Origin: Klebsormidium nitens
Taxonomy: Eukaryota; Plantae; Klebsormidiophyceae
DNA length: 64,000 nt
Assembly: GCA_000708835.1 (NCBI GenBank)
Contig: DF236961.1
Span: 1 to 64,000, forward strand
Direction: 5' to 3'
A program made the translations under genes and the position numbers. This document shows, one piece after another, positions 12,301-25,245 of this stretch (position 1 is its first letter; each line of letters begins with the position of its first letter). The notes under the pieces were generated by a model. That model made no database searches, was not told where the DNA came from, and was given only the letters and a program-made list of their open reading frames with translations.

Positions 12301-15300
12301 AGGAGTGCGCGACAACGTAAGGTCACAATTTCTAATCCCCAAAGTGACTTCACCACCCAAGAGCTGCAAGTCATCAGCGGCTTGGCAGCCTGCGGTGCGC
12401 TGACCTGGCGTGTGGTCACGGGTGCGGGCCTCCATGAGCATCTCGAGGCGCTTCTTGCGCAGCGTGGCCGGCATGTTCTTCAGCGGGTCTGCCGGCATCA
12501 TGTCGATGTCCTGCGAACACCAGCACATCACCAACGTGTGACCTTAAAAGCTCACTCGCGTGCACACAGGCAAAAGCTCGACACAAATGTGCTGGGCAGG
12601 AATGGAAGGCTCACAGGGCTCACAAAACCACTCTCGGAACAAGGTACTACTTCCGTTTCATCGAGCAAAGCCCTTCAGCTTTACAAGCAACGAACAAAAC
12701 CCTATAACATTAAAGACACCAAGAGCATGCAGTGAACGTATGCCGTCGAGCCTCCGCCGACGGGGCAGTCCTTTGCAAATTCATTCCCCTAAAGCGCCCA
12801 CCTGCACGATCTCCGACGCCAGCTCGCGCCGGTCGAACTGCACGCGCGAGCGGCCCTTGGCATCGACCGTGAGGATGGCCCCCTCCGCAATTTGGCGCGT
12901 GCGCGGGTGCTTAGCCGTCACGCGCTGCCCCACCGCGAGCGGCGCCGGCAGCTCCGCCGGAACGTCCCCGCCCTGGCCCGCCTCCGCGTATGCCGCGCGG
13001 GCCGCCTCGCGGTATGCCGCCAGCTTCTCGCGCTCCTCGCGCAGAAACACGCTGAGAAGCACCAAGAACGAGGGTAAGCGCATGCAACACTACAGCGTGG
13101 TAAGAGATCGGAACAGGGTGGCTAGGAAGCTGCTCAAACTGCCGTAACTCCGCCTGGAAAGAGAGGAGGAACAACCAAAAGCACAAGATTTGAGCAGTCT
13201 CGTCCAGGTCGACATGCCAAGGGAACGAGACGTGTGGAACCATAAGCGTTGCAAGCCTTGTCGAACGAGAACTTCTTGTCAGACAGTATACACATCTCAC
13301 CACAGGTGCCCGGAGGACCGGTGAGGTCGAGTTCCACTTATGAAGGTCAAGAACATGCGTGATACAGGATTACGCTGTTAGATGCCGAAATCTGAGCAAA
13401 GCTCTGCCCGTACTGCTCGAGAAAGAGCCCCAATATGAGTTGAGAGCAACAGACGGCAACTCATGTGCTGCTTTGACGCATTGCGGGTGGCGGCTATATG
13501 GGCCCGCTATTAAGAATCACCTTCTCCAGCGGCGGAAGGGGTGTAAGAGGGTTACCTGCTGAGCCTGCGGGGGTGGCCAAGGCTGCTCCGTATGACCCCC
13601 CACTCGGTGCGCGTCAGCCGCTTAACGCCCCCTAGGCCGGCATGCTCCAGGTACTCCACAAACTCGTTGCGCGCAAACCAGGGGTAGTCCAACGCGCTGT
13701 AGAACCACTCGTACAGGCACCACCGCCGCACCTGGCCATAATTTATCAGCCCAAGGGTGAGAGAAGCGGAGACAATTGAAAAGTAGACTCGACAAAGCTT
13801 GAGCTTTGTGCTACCTTTCAGGAATTGTGGATTGAAGAGCAGGCCTCCCTAAAGAAGAGACTCAGACAGACTCGGTCTAGGTAAGCCCTTTGCACAATCA
13901 AGGATGGCTGCAGCGTGGGTGCAGCATGATGTCCAAGGCTGTAGTACCGCGCATGGGTCGAGATACGGCCACATTCGCTTGCATCTCTCAACCTTGCTCG
14001 GCTCAACCTGAAAACTAGAGTTATCGACCGCGCCCCTCACCCTGGAGTTGAGGCAGTGCAGCAGGTGCGCCTTGCGGCTGTGCGCGGGCCCCTCGGAGTG
14101 GTCCGTGTGGGAGCAGTGCGCGGGCGGTCGCGGGGGCGGAGGGGACGCGAACGTGAGGGCGCCCAGCCGCTGGCTGGCGGGGCGGGCCGGCTTCTTCTTG
14201 TTGCTGCGACAGGGAGACGAGCGGTAAGTGTGATAAATGGGGCAGAAACGAGCTAGGTGGTTACTAGACCTCGGCAACTATCATCGTACGGACGGCTCAA
14301 CGCCCCGCGCGGCACGAACACAGAGATGCTCACGAACGAACGTACCCACATAGAAGGCCCCGCCACGCTTACTGCCTGGCCAGGTCAGGAATTAGCGATA
14401 CCAACAGCAATGTCTTGATCTTCGTCCCAAACGACTCTCAGGCCCCAAAGGTCCTTACCGCGCCTTGAGCGGAGTGTTCTCCTGCGTGTCGGTGCTGCCG
14501 GCTGGTTGCGCAGCAGGAGCCGGGCTCTTCTGGGCGGGACTCGAGGGAGGGGGACGCGGGCGAGGGCGGGGGCGCGGCTTCTTCTCCACCTCCTTCATCT
14601 CCGGAAGGGGAGGCACCGGAGGCAGCTGCAAAAACGCACGCAGAACCGGCGATTAGGGCGCGAGAAAAAGAAACGAAAAGGCGTTCGGCAGAGGCGAGCT
14701 GTGATGGAAACCGGGGTGAGAGCCGGACACGGCGTTTGTACCATTTCAAGGAAAATTTACAGACAGCAAGGGCTAGTTGTTTCGGCACTGGTTCGCATAG
14801 CAAGGCAGGGGACCTCCAAAGGCGGCCCGCTCACCTTCTCCACGCCCGGCTTGCGCTTGCGCTTCCTCTGCTGCGGGGGGGCTAACGGCGCATCCTCGCT
14901 GCGGCTCGCCGCATCTGCCCCGCTGGCCGCCTTGTCTTTAGCCCCTCCCGGCTTACCCCCCTTGGCTTTGGCCGGACTGCCCCCTGCCGGAGGCGACGAT
15001 CCGGCGGGCTTCGGGCTTGGGGGCGCTTTTGCCGTCGACGGTTTCTCCTTAGGCTTAGCGGGCAAGATGGGCAAGTCAGCCGGGCTGTCTTCGGGGGAGA
15101 CCGCCCGAGGAGGTGGCGCTTTCTCGGGGGTGGCTTTGGGCTTTGCTTTGGGCTTGGGCTTTGCCGGGCTGGGCTTGGGGCAGGGGGGGGTGGCTGCCGG
15201 GCGGAGCTTGGCGGGCGAGGCGGGGGCGCGGGGGGGGTGGCGGGGGGCAGGCGCGACTTGGCGGTGGACTGGGTTTCGGGGTTGAGCAGCGCGGGGGACG

Positions 15301-18300
15301 CCGAAGTGGACGCGTTCGGGGGGGAGTGCAGGCCGTCACCCGCAACGACCACGCTGGAGAGAACGTCCAGGCCACTGGCGGCGCCTGCGAGAGCGAGGGG
15401 CCGTTAGAGAAAGGTTCAAAATACTAAGACTTTGGACAATGCTTGTTGATTCCTCGTAAGTCAGCGGCCTGGCGCCCAGAGGGACTCACAGTAGTGGGAT
15501 TCAGCAGCGGGCGCTGGAGAGCACGTGATACAAGGGCCGTGGTCCAAATTGCTCTGGTGCTTCTTAAGATGTGCTCTCATGAGTTTACCTCTGTTTTCGT
15601 TCGAGGCAGATTTTAGGCATAAGAAGGGGACGCTTTGCTGCAAAAGATTCTCAAGCCTTCGACTATTGTTGCAGAGCTGTCTTTAGAGAGGAAAGAAGGC
15701 CAGGACTACTCTGCCCCATACTCTTTGGATTGACTCATTCCCAACCCAACAAGTTCGTTTGGCCACAGGTTCTCACACATGGCAAGCAGAGCGGAAGCCG
15801 GGCCGCCTGGAAGCAATCCTTCCTATTTTGAACAGCAATCGTGCTTTCTTCCAACAAGCGTCCTCTTCTCTTGAAGCTTCCGCCGCGTTTGCCTCAAACC
15901 AGCTTACCTTGAAAGGCCTCCGGCCCCTTCCGCGGCGTCTTCCTCTGGGGGGTAGCTTGTTTGCTGGTGACGGCCTTGCTGTCTCGCCCCCCCCCGATGA
16001 TGGGCAGGTCGTCGCTGCGCGTGGCCTCCGAACCTGAGTCGGGCTCCGCTGCGCCGTCCCTGCTCCTGCCCCACTCCTCGCTCTTGCGCTTCTTCAGGGG
16101 ACGCCGCTCTGCCTGCAAACACAGACCCGCACCAACGTCGGCATCGGCATGACGAACAGGAGAGACTATCATTTTTACTGGTTAGAGCGTGGGTAGGAAT
16201 GTTGGTTGTTGGCAGACAAGACCGGCAGAAGTATTTCAAAAGCATCGCGTCAGCACAGCATAAGGCGTAATTGCAAAAAGTTTTCTGAAAGATTCCCACA
16301 ATGGAGGTCTATGTGGTGAGCTTTAAAGAATTGTTTAGAGAGCTCTGGCAAGACAAAAATACGCGTGAACACTTTTTTGTAGGCTTGTACGCAGTCAATC
16401 GCTCTTCAGATAAGAAAGACCTTATGGCTCCAGATGACTCTTCCCAAAATTAGGTCGGATGCGAGGATCACATAGGTGAAGGCCCTCTAAGGTAGCAAAC
16501 AACCAGCTGAGGGCCTCAAAAAAGCTGGCATCAGCTTCCTGTGATGGGTTTAGACCTTCCATTTGGGCTCCGCAAGCAGCAGAAAGAGAGACAAACAGCA
16601 CGGCAACCCTGCAGTGCAGCCGACCTGGGGGCTGGCCAGGTCCCTCCGTTTCATGATGGGCACATCCTCCTCCGGCTCTGACTCCACTCGGCCCCGCCCC
16701 GTACCCCCCACTGTTGGCCTCTCTTGCTGTGGGGGGGGCCTTTCCTCATCGCTGGACCTGCCATCGGTCCCCCCTGCGCGCCCACTGCTCGCGTTGTCCT
16801 CCAGCTCGGCCTGGCTGCCCGCCTTCTCCTCCCCGCTACTCACGCTGCGCTGCGCCTGCACCTTGGCCAAAATGTGCGCCTTCTTGCTCAACGCTCCCGG
16901 CTTCCGAACCGGCGCCGCCGGGCCCCCCGCCCCGTCTGCCTTCCTCCCCTTCTTGTTCTCTTGCTCCTCCACAGCCTCCAGCGCCTTCATGATCTGCTTC
17001 AGCCCGCCGTGCTTAGACCCCCCATCCCGCGGGGCCACCTTGCCAGGGGATCCCCCTGCTTTCCCCCTCAGAAGCTGCGCCCGATCCCTGATGGGCGAGC
17101 GCGAGAGGTCCCTGGGACGCAGCTGGCGACTCTCCCCGCTTTGGGGGGGTGAACGGGCGTCCGCTGTAAGGCTGCGCGTGGCGCGGGGGGGCGTGCGCAG
17201 CAGGTCGCCTGAGGGCTGCGGAAGAGGACGTGGGGTGCGCCGCCCGACTGGGACCACTGTGCGGGCGCGCTTGGCGGGGCGGGGAAGCTGCCCCGGGCTC
17301 CTGCAAGATACAGAAGGGCCAAGACTCTAGGGAACGGTTCTGAATTCACATGCCCCTTTCCTCAACTGACCCTCATGCGTGACTACTTGACCTACCTATG
17401 ACTGAGAAACAGTTGCACATAAACAGCTTCCACTACTTTTGGGGTTCGGCAGCGAGGGGAAAACACAGGAGGTAATCAGAGAGATCTGTGATCCACCTGT
17501 TGAGTGCGGAGCTGAGGTGCTAAGCCCAACAAACTTTAGCCCTCTTACTTCATGCTGAACGTGAAGCTCCCGTCTTCATCTTGTTTGGCAGGAGGGGTAA
17601 CCCACCTTGTTGGGGTGCCCCCTGGCGCCCGTCGGGGTGTCGGCTCGGGGGTCCTCTCTCTGCCGCCCGTGCTGCTCTCAGGTTCACTGTCCTCCTGCTG
17701 TGGCAAAACACAAGGTCAGGACACTGAGATGACAATCACAGAAGTTGATGTGCAGTTATCCCCAAGGCAGTGCTTAGAGCTAGGGTTGATTGGAGGAGTA
17801 GAAACAAGCCGACACTTGTGTGCATTAGCAGGTGTCAAAGTTTGCAAACCCTGCATCACCAGACCTGAATAAATGAAAGCCTCCAGCACCTTTGTAGAGA
17901 TTTTGTGCCCACAGGACTGCTAAAAATGAGCTTCCGATCGCGATGAGTGGGCACAATCCCAAGTTTGAGCACGCGCTGTAGTAGGCATAGTGCCCAGGTT
18001 CGAGATTCAAGGATGGGTGGATTTGCACTAAAATCTCCCTACCCTGCGCCCACATGTCTTTCTTCAGATGTGGGGTCCGCACTGATCTACCAATTTCACC
18101 AGAGTGAAGATTATGTTTGTGAGATGGGCAGCTTGCGCATGGAGGGCCCCTCACAAGCGAGTTGAAGTGGTCGGTCATCATGGCGGTCAGGCCCTGCACC
18201 GACTTGGCCCCCTCGGGCAGGGAGAGGTACGTCTTGAAGAGCGTGAACAGCGCCCCGCACTCCTCAGCGCTCCGCGTCTGAACCAGCCCCGCCACGTGCT

Positions 18301-18394
18301 CCCAGGCCGTGCCGTGCTGCTGCTGCCCGTGAAAGAATGCCTCCACCTCAGCGGGGGTCCAGGGGGAGCCCAGCAGGTCTGACATCTTGCGCTT
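9361..18394 (-). CDS. ALY: ALWAYS EARLY / LIN-9 homolog (SANT/Myb + DIRP + Tudor-like; DREAM/MuvB subunit). First coding exon not located.
   Basis: Exons (high to low): 18394-18155, 17697-17606, 17300-16625, 16112-15908, 15384-14835 (1 nt out of frame), 14625-14459, 14203-14041, 13731-13556, 13051-12802, 12510-12405, 12044-11827, 11580-11422, 11185-11009, 10723-10481, 10095-9847, 9462-9361. Motifs: [13 protein letters not shown]…TYLSLPEG…GLTAMMTDH (SANT); [27 protein letters not shown]…[21 protein letters not shown] (DIRP); [12 protein letters not shown]…QFDRREL; C-terminal [12 protein letters not shown]…[10 protein letters not shown]…[14 protein letters not shown]. Confidence 0.93.
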
Positions 18395-19857
18395 CTGGGG
18401 AACAAGGCAAGGGATGCGGTCATCGGTCAACCGGAGGAGCGGGGCAAGCAAAAGCGAGAGAGGTAAACGACTAGGCGATGGTCTTGAGCATGGCACATCA
18501 TACCAAGCGAAGAATTACCGCTTGTTGACAGCTGTGCATACAAAGGAGATGAAGGTGTGGCTGCCCAGAATTGCGCGGGTCCTCCGTGTCGCAGGACAAA
18601 TGACAATGTCATAGGGTCACACAGGACAAGCGTGTCCTCAGGGAGTTAATCATCACGACTTCACAAGAGCAAACGAACAGGGGCAGAATGATTGCCTTCA
18701 TCATGCCAAGAAAGACCAAAGCGCTGCTACCCCTAAAGTTGCGGACAACTTGCCAGGTGGCCACAACAGAATGAGCATCATCTTACACCAGGCGTTGGCG
18801 ACACCGACTCGTCCAGCATCTTCGATCTGACAGCGTGTCTGCTGGGTTGTGGCAAACAAAGACCCACACATCCAAGGCAGCCACCAGAGCTGCTCATCCT
18901 TTCTGTTGCTTCCTCACCTTGCTCCTTGCCGGAGTGTCCTGAGAAGGGCCATCCAGGCTCTGCCGTTTGTGCTTCCGGGCAGATGCCATCTACAGACCGC
19001 CTGGCCCTTAGGCACAATTTGCAACCAATGGCAAGGGGAATTGGTAATGGCAGGACACCGCACAAACGAAACCCTTCCTCAAGCTGTTTCAGCAAGGCAA
19101 GTTCCAACGCCGTTCGCAGAGCTTCAGGGATCCAAACCCCGTCTAAGCAGAAAGGAATTGCCCACGCCCACACCAGGGACTAAAAAGCAGTCATTTACAG
19201 CAAGCTAGGGACTAGATACCTCCGCTAGGTACAAATCCCGCTCATCTTCCTGGGCCACTATAGTCTATTGGCCTCAGGTAGGTACGGTACATAGGTTCTG
19301 AGGTTTGGATTCTGGAAGTGGCGCAAGAACCTGAAGTTGCTGAAGGGAGAAAGTGAATCCGGCTTGCCATCCTTGACATCCTTCTTGACAAAACCTGCTT
19401 AACCTTTGACACAAAGACTCCAGTGCAATCTGCTTCCAGACTATGCAACTTGTATTGTGTTTCTTGAACCTGGCTTTCAATGTCGGCCTGCAGCTGGGCA
19501 AGTCCTTGGACTGCTCATGGCAGAAATTTGATTTGAACGTAGCAAGACTTTGTCCAATACACAGTCACCACGTGGCCTTTGGCGATTCGCAACGCAGAAA
19601 CGGACAGCCCGCCGACAAAATGGTTCCGGCGTTCCGGTTCCGCGTTAGTATCGTGCATGCATGACTTTCCGTCGGAGTTGTCAGACTCAAATTCTCAATT
19701 GTCCCGACTCCCGAGCTAGTCCGACAACAGGTGCACGCTGCGGGGTGTGCACTGTGCACTGTGCACTGCTGGCTTTCAAGTTTGTCCGTTCATACCGTAC
19801 TGTGGCACACTGCGCAGACTTCAGCTGGCAGCTCGCGCGGCAGCCCGGAGCCTCTGG

Positions 19858-20095
19858 TGACGTCAGAGACAACAGGATCGACTGCAATCGACGGTTGCAA
19901 GTTGTTGCGAGGCGAGAAAGTCGTACGGCTTCCGCTTCTTACGGCACCTACGTCAGCTTTTCGTAAGAGAACAATGACGTAGAGATCATCTCAGCTGACG
20001 TCGAGTATCAGAATCCGATCCTTTTGACGTCAGTTTATGCAGCTGGAGGCTTATGTATGGCTTACAGGAGATTCCTGACGTATTCATACGTCAGG
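19858..20095. promoter_or_regulatory. Cluster of TGACG(T) bZIP-type motifs including a 22-bp palindrome
   Basis: TGACGTCA at 19858 and 20025; TACGTCA at 19949; TGACGT at 19975 and 19996; palindrome cctgacgtat-tc-atacgtcagg at 20074-20095. Lies between the divergently transcribed ALY and desiccation-protein genes. Confidence 0.45.
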
Positions 20096-21172
20096 GGACA
20101 GCCCAAGGCCCGGGATCAGATGTTGTGTCCACGTTGCTTATCTTAGTACCACGCATCGGTACACGCTTGGTACCGCTTCAAGTTGCCCGGACTCACTCTG
20201 GAGTCTGCATTTAGAAGTTCAAGACGGTAGCCTGTGGTCCAGAGACGGTACCAGACTCCAGAGTCCAGGGACCCGAATCAGACCGGAATCCAGATCCATG
20301 CACGACTTGTCCTGATGAAGGTAGGTACCTCGTGCATTATTTCCTGTCCACCGATAGCTAGGACTAGGGTTTCAGCTTTTGAACTGGGCGGTGTTCATAC
20401 ACCAGGGACTCGGATGCGGCCGCCCGACCGGTCCGGGTTGATCGCCGATCGTTCAATGGCTCAAGAAGTATTAAATAGCCCACCGGGCCAACGCGCCTCG
20501 CTGGTAGCGAGCATCCCCCCGCCCCTTGCCCTGGGTACCGAGCTGCTTTGTAAGAGCGCCCGGGGCTAGTGGCAGCAGGTACGTACCTTCAATAGTGTAC
20601 CTTCAATAGTGGGCCTAATGCAATTCAAGTTGTAGGTGCCTAGTACCTACGTAAGGTGAATGTCGAAGCCATGGCATGGCAGCAGTACCTGCCCACGTAC
20701 CGGGAGACTGCCAAAACTGGTTCCGTTTCGAACGCTTGTCGAATTGGGCGGTCCGGTCGAAGCACAGGAGGTCGTTCCTTCGCAACCCAGACCGGTTCGA
20801 CGGCGAAGAGCAGCCGGCCCCGGGGGCTGCTTGCAGCACAAGATGCCCGGTTGAAACGTTCGTTGGAAGAGAAACCTGGCCTCAAATACTTGAATGCTGC
20901 GCCAAGAGCAGGCATTCCAACTCTCTCAGATCTGCAGCAACAAGGAAAACTTGGTAAGCAACGAGCTCGCGTTGCCCATGGTGGAATGGCCCCTCTCTCC
21001 TGCAGCAACCGCAGCTACTGGAAGCTTGCAACGCCTGCCTCTTCCTGTGCCTGTGTCACACCACTTCTGCTTGTTCGCCAGGGAACCTCTGCCTCACAAT
21101 GCTCCTTTGACCATTTTTCCCTCCACCTAACGAGTTCCCTGTCTGTTCTGCAGTGTCCCCATCACATCCGCC

Positions 21173-23313
21173 ATGGCTTCCTTCAAGGTCCTGGTTGCCC
21201 TCCTGGCCCTGGCCGCCGTCGCTGTCTCTGCCCAGAGTGAGTGTCGCCACCACTTTCCATCCTCCTCCTGGTTGCTGTCCATTCCCCCTCTCTTGTACCT
21301 GACCAAAGTTGCTTTTGAGAAGGTGCGGAAAGTGCTTAATCTCCACAGTCGCTTGAACTGGGTTGCTGGCTGTTTTTCATGATGTGCCTTGACAGGCTGC
21401 CTGTAGTCTGACACTTGTCTCTGCTTGTTTGGCTACAGACAGCACTGGCCCCACGGGTGCCCCCATGGGTTCCACGGCTGCTCCCATGGGTTCCACAGCT
21501 GCCCCTGCTGGCAACAGCTCCGCCCCCGCTATCACTGATGCTGACATCCTGCAGTTCGCTCTCAACCTGGAGTACCTCGAGGTCAGTCTCATGTAGCTAA
21601 CAAGCAAAGATAAAAAGGGAGTGTTACCACTGGAGGGCCTAGAACTAAAGGACCCCAAGCACAGTCAAGTCTAACTCTGTGGTGGTTCAAAGGGAGAACA
21701 ATGTGAAGCAAGTACTCGTGCAATGTGTTGCTGAACTTGTCTTGGGTCGAACTGTACAAGCGTGGAGCCAGATCTCCCAAAGGTGTCACATTCCATGTAG
21801 ACACTCTCCGAGATTTTGGCATTGTCTAGTGTCGCATATGTGGTCATCAAGTGAGTTTCACTTTTACTCTAGATTTGACACAGTTCGCACTTTACTAACC
21901 ATCCCCTGTTTTCTCCCTCCCAGGCTGAGTTCTACTCATGGGCTGCCTTCGGCCAGGGTCTCAGCGCCGCCGATGCTGGCAATGGTCCCGCCTCTGTAAG
22001 TCTCCACATTGCATTACATCCAGCCAGAGCTCACTGATGACCTGCATTTGAAGTGGTAGATTTGGAGCCCTACCTTGGCGAAATAGCTTGCTTTACGCTG
22101 GTCGCTGCACCTGCAATTGTGCAGTGGACTTCTGGGAACTGTAGTCTGGGGACTAAATCTGAGGGACTGCAATCTTGAGGACTACTAAATGCTCTCGACA
22201 ATGTCGCATGCACGTTTTCCGGCTATCTTATCGTTGTCTCCTTGGCGTGCAGGTCGGAGGCCAGAAGGCCCTCCTCTCCCCCGCTGTCCAGGCCTATGCC
22301 ACCGAGATTGCTAACGACGAGATCAACCATGTGCGCTTCCTGCGCTCTGCCCTGACCGCTGCTGGCGCCACCCCTGTGGCCCGCCCCCTCATTAACATCG
22401 GGACCGCTTTCGCTGGTGCCGCCAACCTGGCCCTCTCCGCTGCCCTCAACGGCTCCATGCTCTCCCCTGCCTTCTCCCCCTATGGCTCTGACGTTGTCTT
22501 CCTGCACGGTGCCTTCATCTTCGAGGATGTTGGTGTGTCTGCCTACTCTGGTGCTGCCCCCGCCATCACCAACAAGGCTTACCTGGCGGTGAGGAACAAC
22601 TGCTCCTCTCTGTCCTCCTCGCACCTGTAACTCACTCGCACGCGCAGCTTGAGCAATGTTGCAAACTGCTAGTGATGGAAAGGCTGGAGCTTTCTAGCAG
22701 CATCTTGGGTGTTGGAGTCTGGTCCACTTCACCGGATTTTGGTCACTTGATTTGACTTGACTGAGGTTTGGGGCGACTTATTTTGTAGCTTGCTCCATGG
22801 AATGTAGAAAACAGCAGTTGCTTCCTCAGGACATCCTTAAATGGTAATTGCACCTCATGTAGAATAGATAAACTAATGATTTTGGGAATCTGGCTTGGCT
22901 ACACTTTTGCTGCCTGCGCCCCTGCGATATCTGAGGTGGTTACATAAGCATTTTGGTTGTGGGACTCACTCCACCCTCCGCTTGTGCAGCCCGCCGCCGG
23001 CATCCTGGCCGTTGAGGCTTACCACGCCGGTATTGTTCGCCTGGCACTCTCCCAGATTGGCAACCAGTACGTGTTCCCCTATGGTGCCCCCGTGACCACC
23101 ATTGTCAACGCCATCTCTGCGCTCAGGGGTGCCGTTGGCGGCGGCAACGACGTTGGCATTACCCGCAACGGCACTCTCCAGCTGGTGTATGCCACCAACG
23201 ACACCTCCATTGCCTATGCCAGGACCCCCGCCCAGGTGCTGTCCATCGTGTATGGAGGCAACATGACCGGCGGGCTCTTCTTCCCCAACGGTCTGAACGG
23301 AAACATCAAGTAG
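21173..23313 (+). CDS. Secreted ferritin-like desiccation-related protein (PCC13-62 / Ferritin_2 family)
   Basis: Exons 21173-21236, 21439-21581, 21924-21995, 22253-22588, 22990-23313, all in phase. Signal peptide [20 protein letters not shown]. Motifs: [79 protein letters not shown]. Confidence 0.9.
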
Positions 23314-24636
23314 AGACTGGATTTTCCTGTCTGCATGCTTCGCATAGGGCTGGCTCCTACCGCTTATAAGGGGGTCGATAGGGACGCTGAGGTGAACTAA
23401 GCTAGCCTCGCTTTTTTGACCCAGATGGCACAACTGATAGGGCAACTAGATAAGATTTCTTGACAATAATGCTTAATTTATTGGAGTGGTATCTGTTCAT
23501 AAGGTAGGGGTCAGTTTTGTCTTCAACCTTGTTACACCCCGATCATTTCTCGTGATAGATGTCATGTTCCGACTCTCTAACCTGATCAGAATTGAGCTTC
23601 CTTCATCCTTTCTGGTGAGATGTTATCAAAGTGAATCACGCGCAAAGAACGCATCGCTGCATGAATGCCGCCTTTGCCTGAAGGTAGTGGTCAAAATTTC
23701 TTAACCGTTGAAAGTAATATCTTAACCTCTGAATTAATTTCGTGTCTTATGAAAACTACTTCCAATCACATCATCTCAATGAGATCATCGAGAGTGATAA
23801 CGTGCAAGTCAAAAGTGAATCATTGCCCGCAACAGTCGACTGACATCCACGTCAATATACTATCCATATCAATGAATTTTGAAAATACGTTGAATTTTGC
23901 CACACTAGTTCAGTGGCAAAGGTCACACACATAAGGTTTCGGCTAGTTTCACCAGGTGATATGCAGACTGTATATTGAATGTCGACTGCATGGAAGATGA
24001 AAACTGTGTCACAATGACATCCGAGTTCCTGGGTCAAACTTGCTACCTACCTAGCTCGAAGTTGAACCAAGCTCGATTCGCCGAGATATTTGATATCTCG
24101 CCGTGTGCATTTTGCCAATCCAAGGGGAGTGTCATGGGATAAACACGTACATGACTTTGCGATGTGCACCTCGCACAATTCATTGCGATTCGACGGAATC
24201 TTCCTTAAAAAAGCTTCTGCCTTGATTTTATTGGAGAAAAGTTTGGAGGCAACTGCAAGTCGCACTGGCATCGCTCGGTCCCGGCCGGCAATTACGAGCT
24301 TGCATACATGATTCAGTGCGTGCGTAGCCGCGCCGACCACTGGTGATAGACCAACAATCGAGCGGAGCAGATTGTAATGAGCTAGACCCTTCATGCTACA
24401 ATCTGAAACTCTACTCGAATCAAGATTCAGGATCCTGACAAACAACCCGGATCTGCAATGATTCTCAATCCTTCGAACTTCAAGCTGGTCAGAATAAACC
24501 GGAGGTACCCATTGCAGAAACTGATAGTCGAAAAGGTGAGCGCTGATAGAACGACCTGAGCGTCACCAACCCCGCGTATATGAGGCGGACCGTCGACACA
24601 GCAGCCAAAGGCAACTGCTTTGCACAGGAGTATGAT

Positions 24637-24804
24637 GTTGGGGTTTAAGACGAGATTAGCTGGTCTCCGATGTAACCCGGTTGGGGTTTAAGACGAGATT
24701 AGCTGGTCTGCGATGTAACCCGGTTGGGGTTTAAGACGAGATTAGCTGGTCTGCGATGTAACCCGGTTGGGGTTTAAGACGAGATTAGCTGGTCTGCAAT
24801 GTAA
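24637..24804. repeat. Tandem repeat, 43-bp unit x ~3.9
   Basis: Unit gttggggtttaagacgagattagctggtctgcgatgtaacccg starts at 24637, 24680, 24723 and 24766. Copies are near-identical with no spacers. Confidence 0.95.
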
Positions 24805-25245
24805 GATGCCTGACGCTCACACTGCTTAGCGACTGAGACTGTCGGATCCGTATCCTGAAGAGAAACGCGTGGTCGAGAACAGGCTCTTGTTGCACACTGA
24901 GCAGGGTGATGTCGAGACCGGGACTGGGGAACACTGAAGCAGGATGACGTGGCAGATTTTAAGGTTTCGGGGGACGTCTCGATCCTGCTTGGTCGGACCG
25001 TTGGCCCATACCAGGCTTCTAGATGAAAAGCCTCGCCAAGTCATCACTTCAATAGTGTCCTCAGCCCGGATCGCCGAAGTCCTCGAGCACCTTTACTCTG
25101 ACCAGACTGTCAATATCTTCGTGCGACCAGTGTGGCATCCTTTGCGGATGTGGCTGTGTGCGTGCCAGAAGCGGCGCCCTGAACCCCCGCCTGAACCACT
25201 CCCCATGGTCCTGAGCGGCGGCCCCAGTTCTTTTCCCGGGTGCGT

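Noticed and set aside
14506-17330. Long plus-strand ORFs 14506-15285 and 16563-17330
   Set aside because: Antisense shadows of GC-rich, low-complexity ALY exons.
18778-19650. Candidate first coding exons of ALY
   Set aside because: Several short frames with splice-like sites exist, but none could be chosen with confidence.
24637-24804. CRISPR-like appearance of the 43-bp repeats
   Set aside because: Units are directly adjacent with no unique spacers, there are no cas genes, and the context is eukaryotic.
24826-25240. Coding-looking GC-rich sequence after the kdsB stop, suggesting a C-terminal extension
   Set aside because: kdsB ends at the expected position (…[12 protein letters not shown]). 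No consistent frame or motif follows, so it is treated as 3' UTR.
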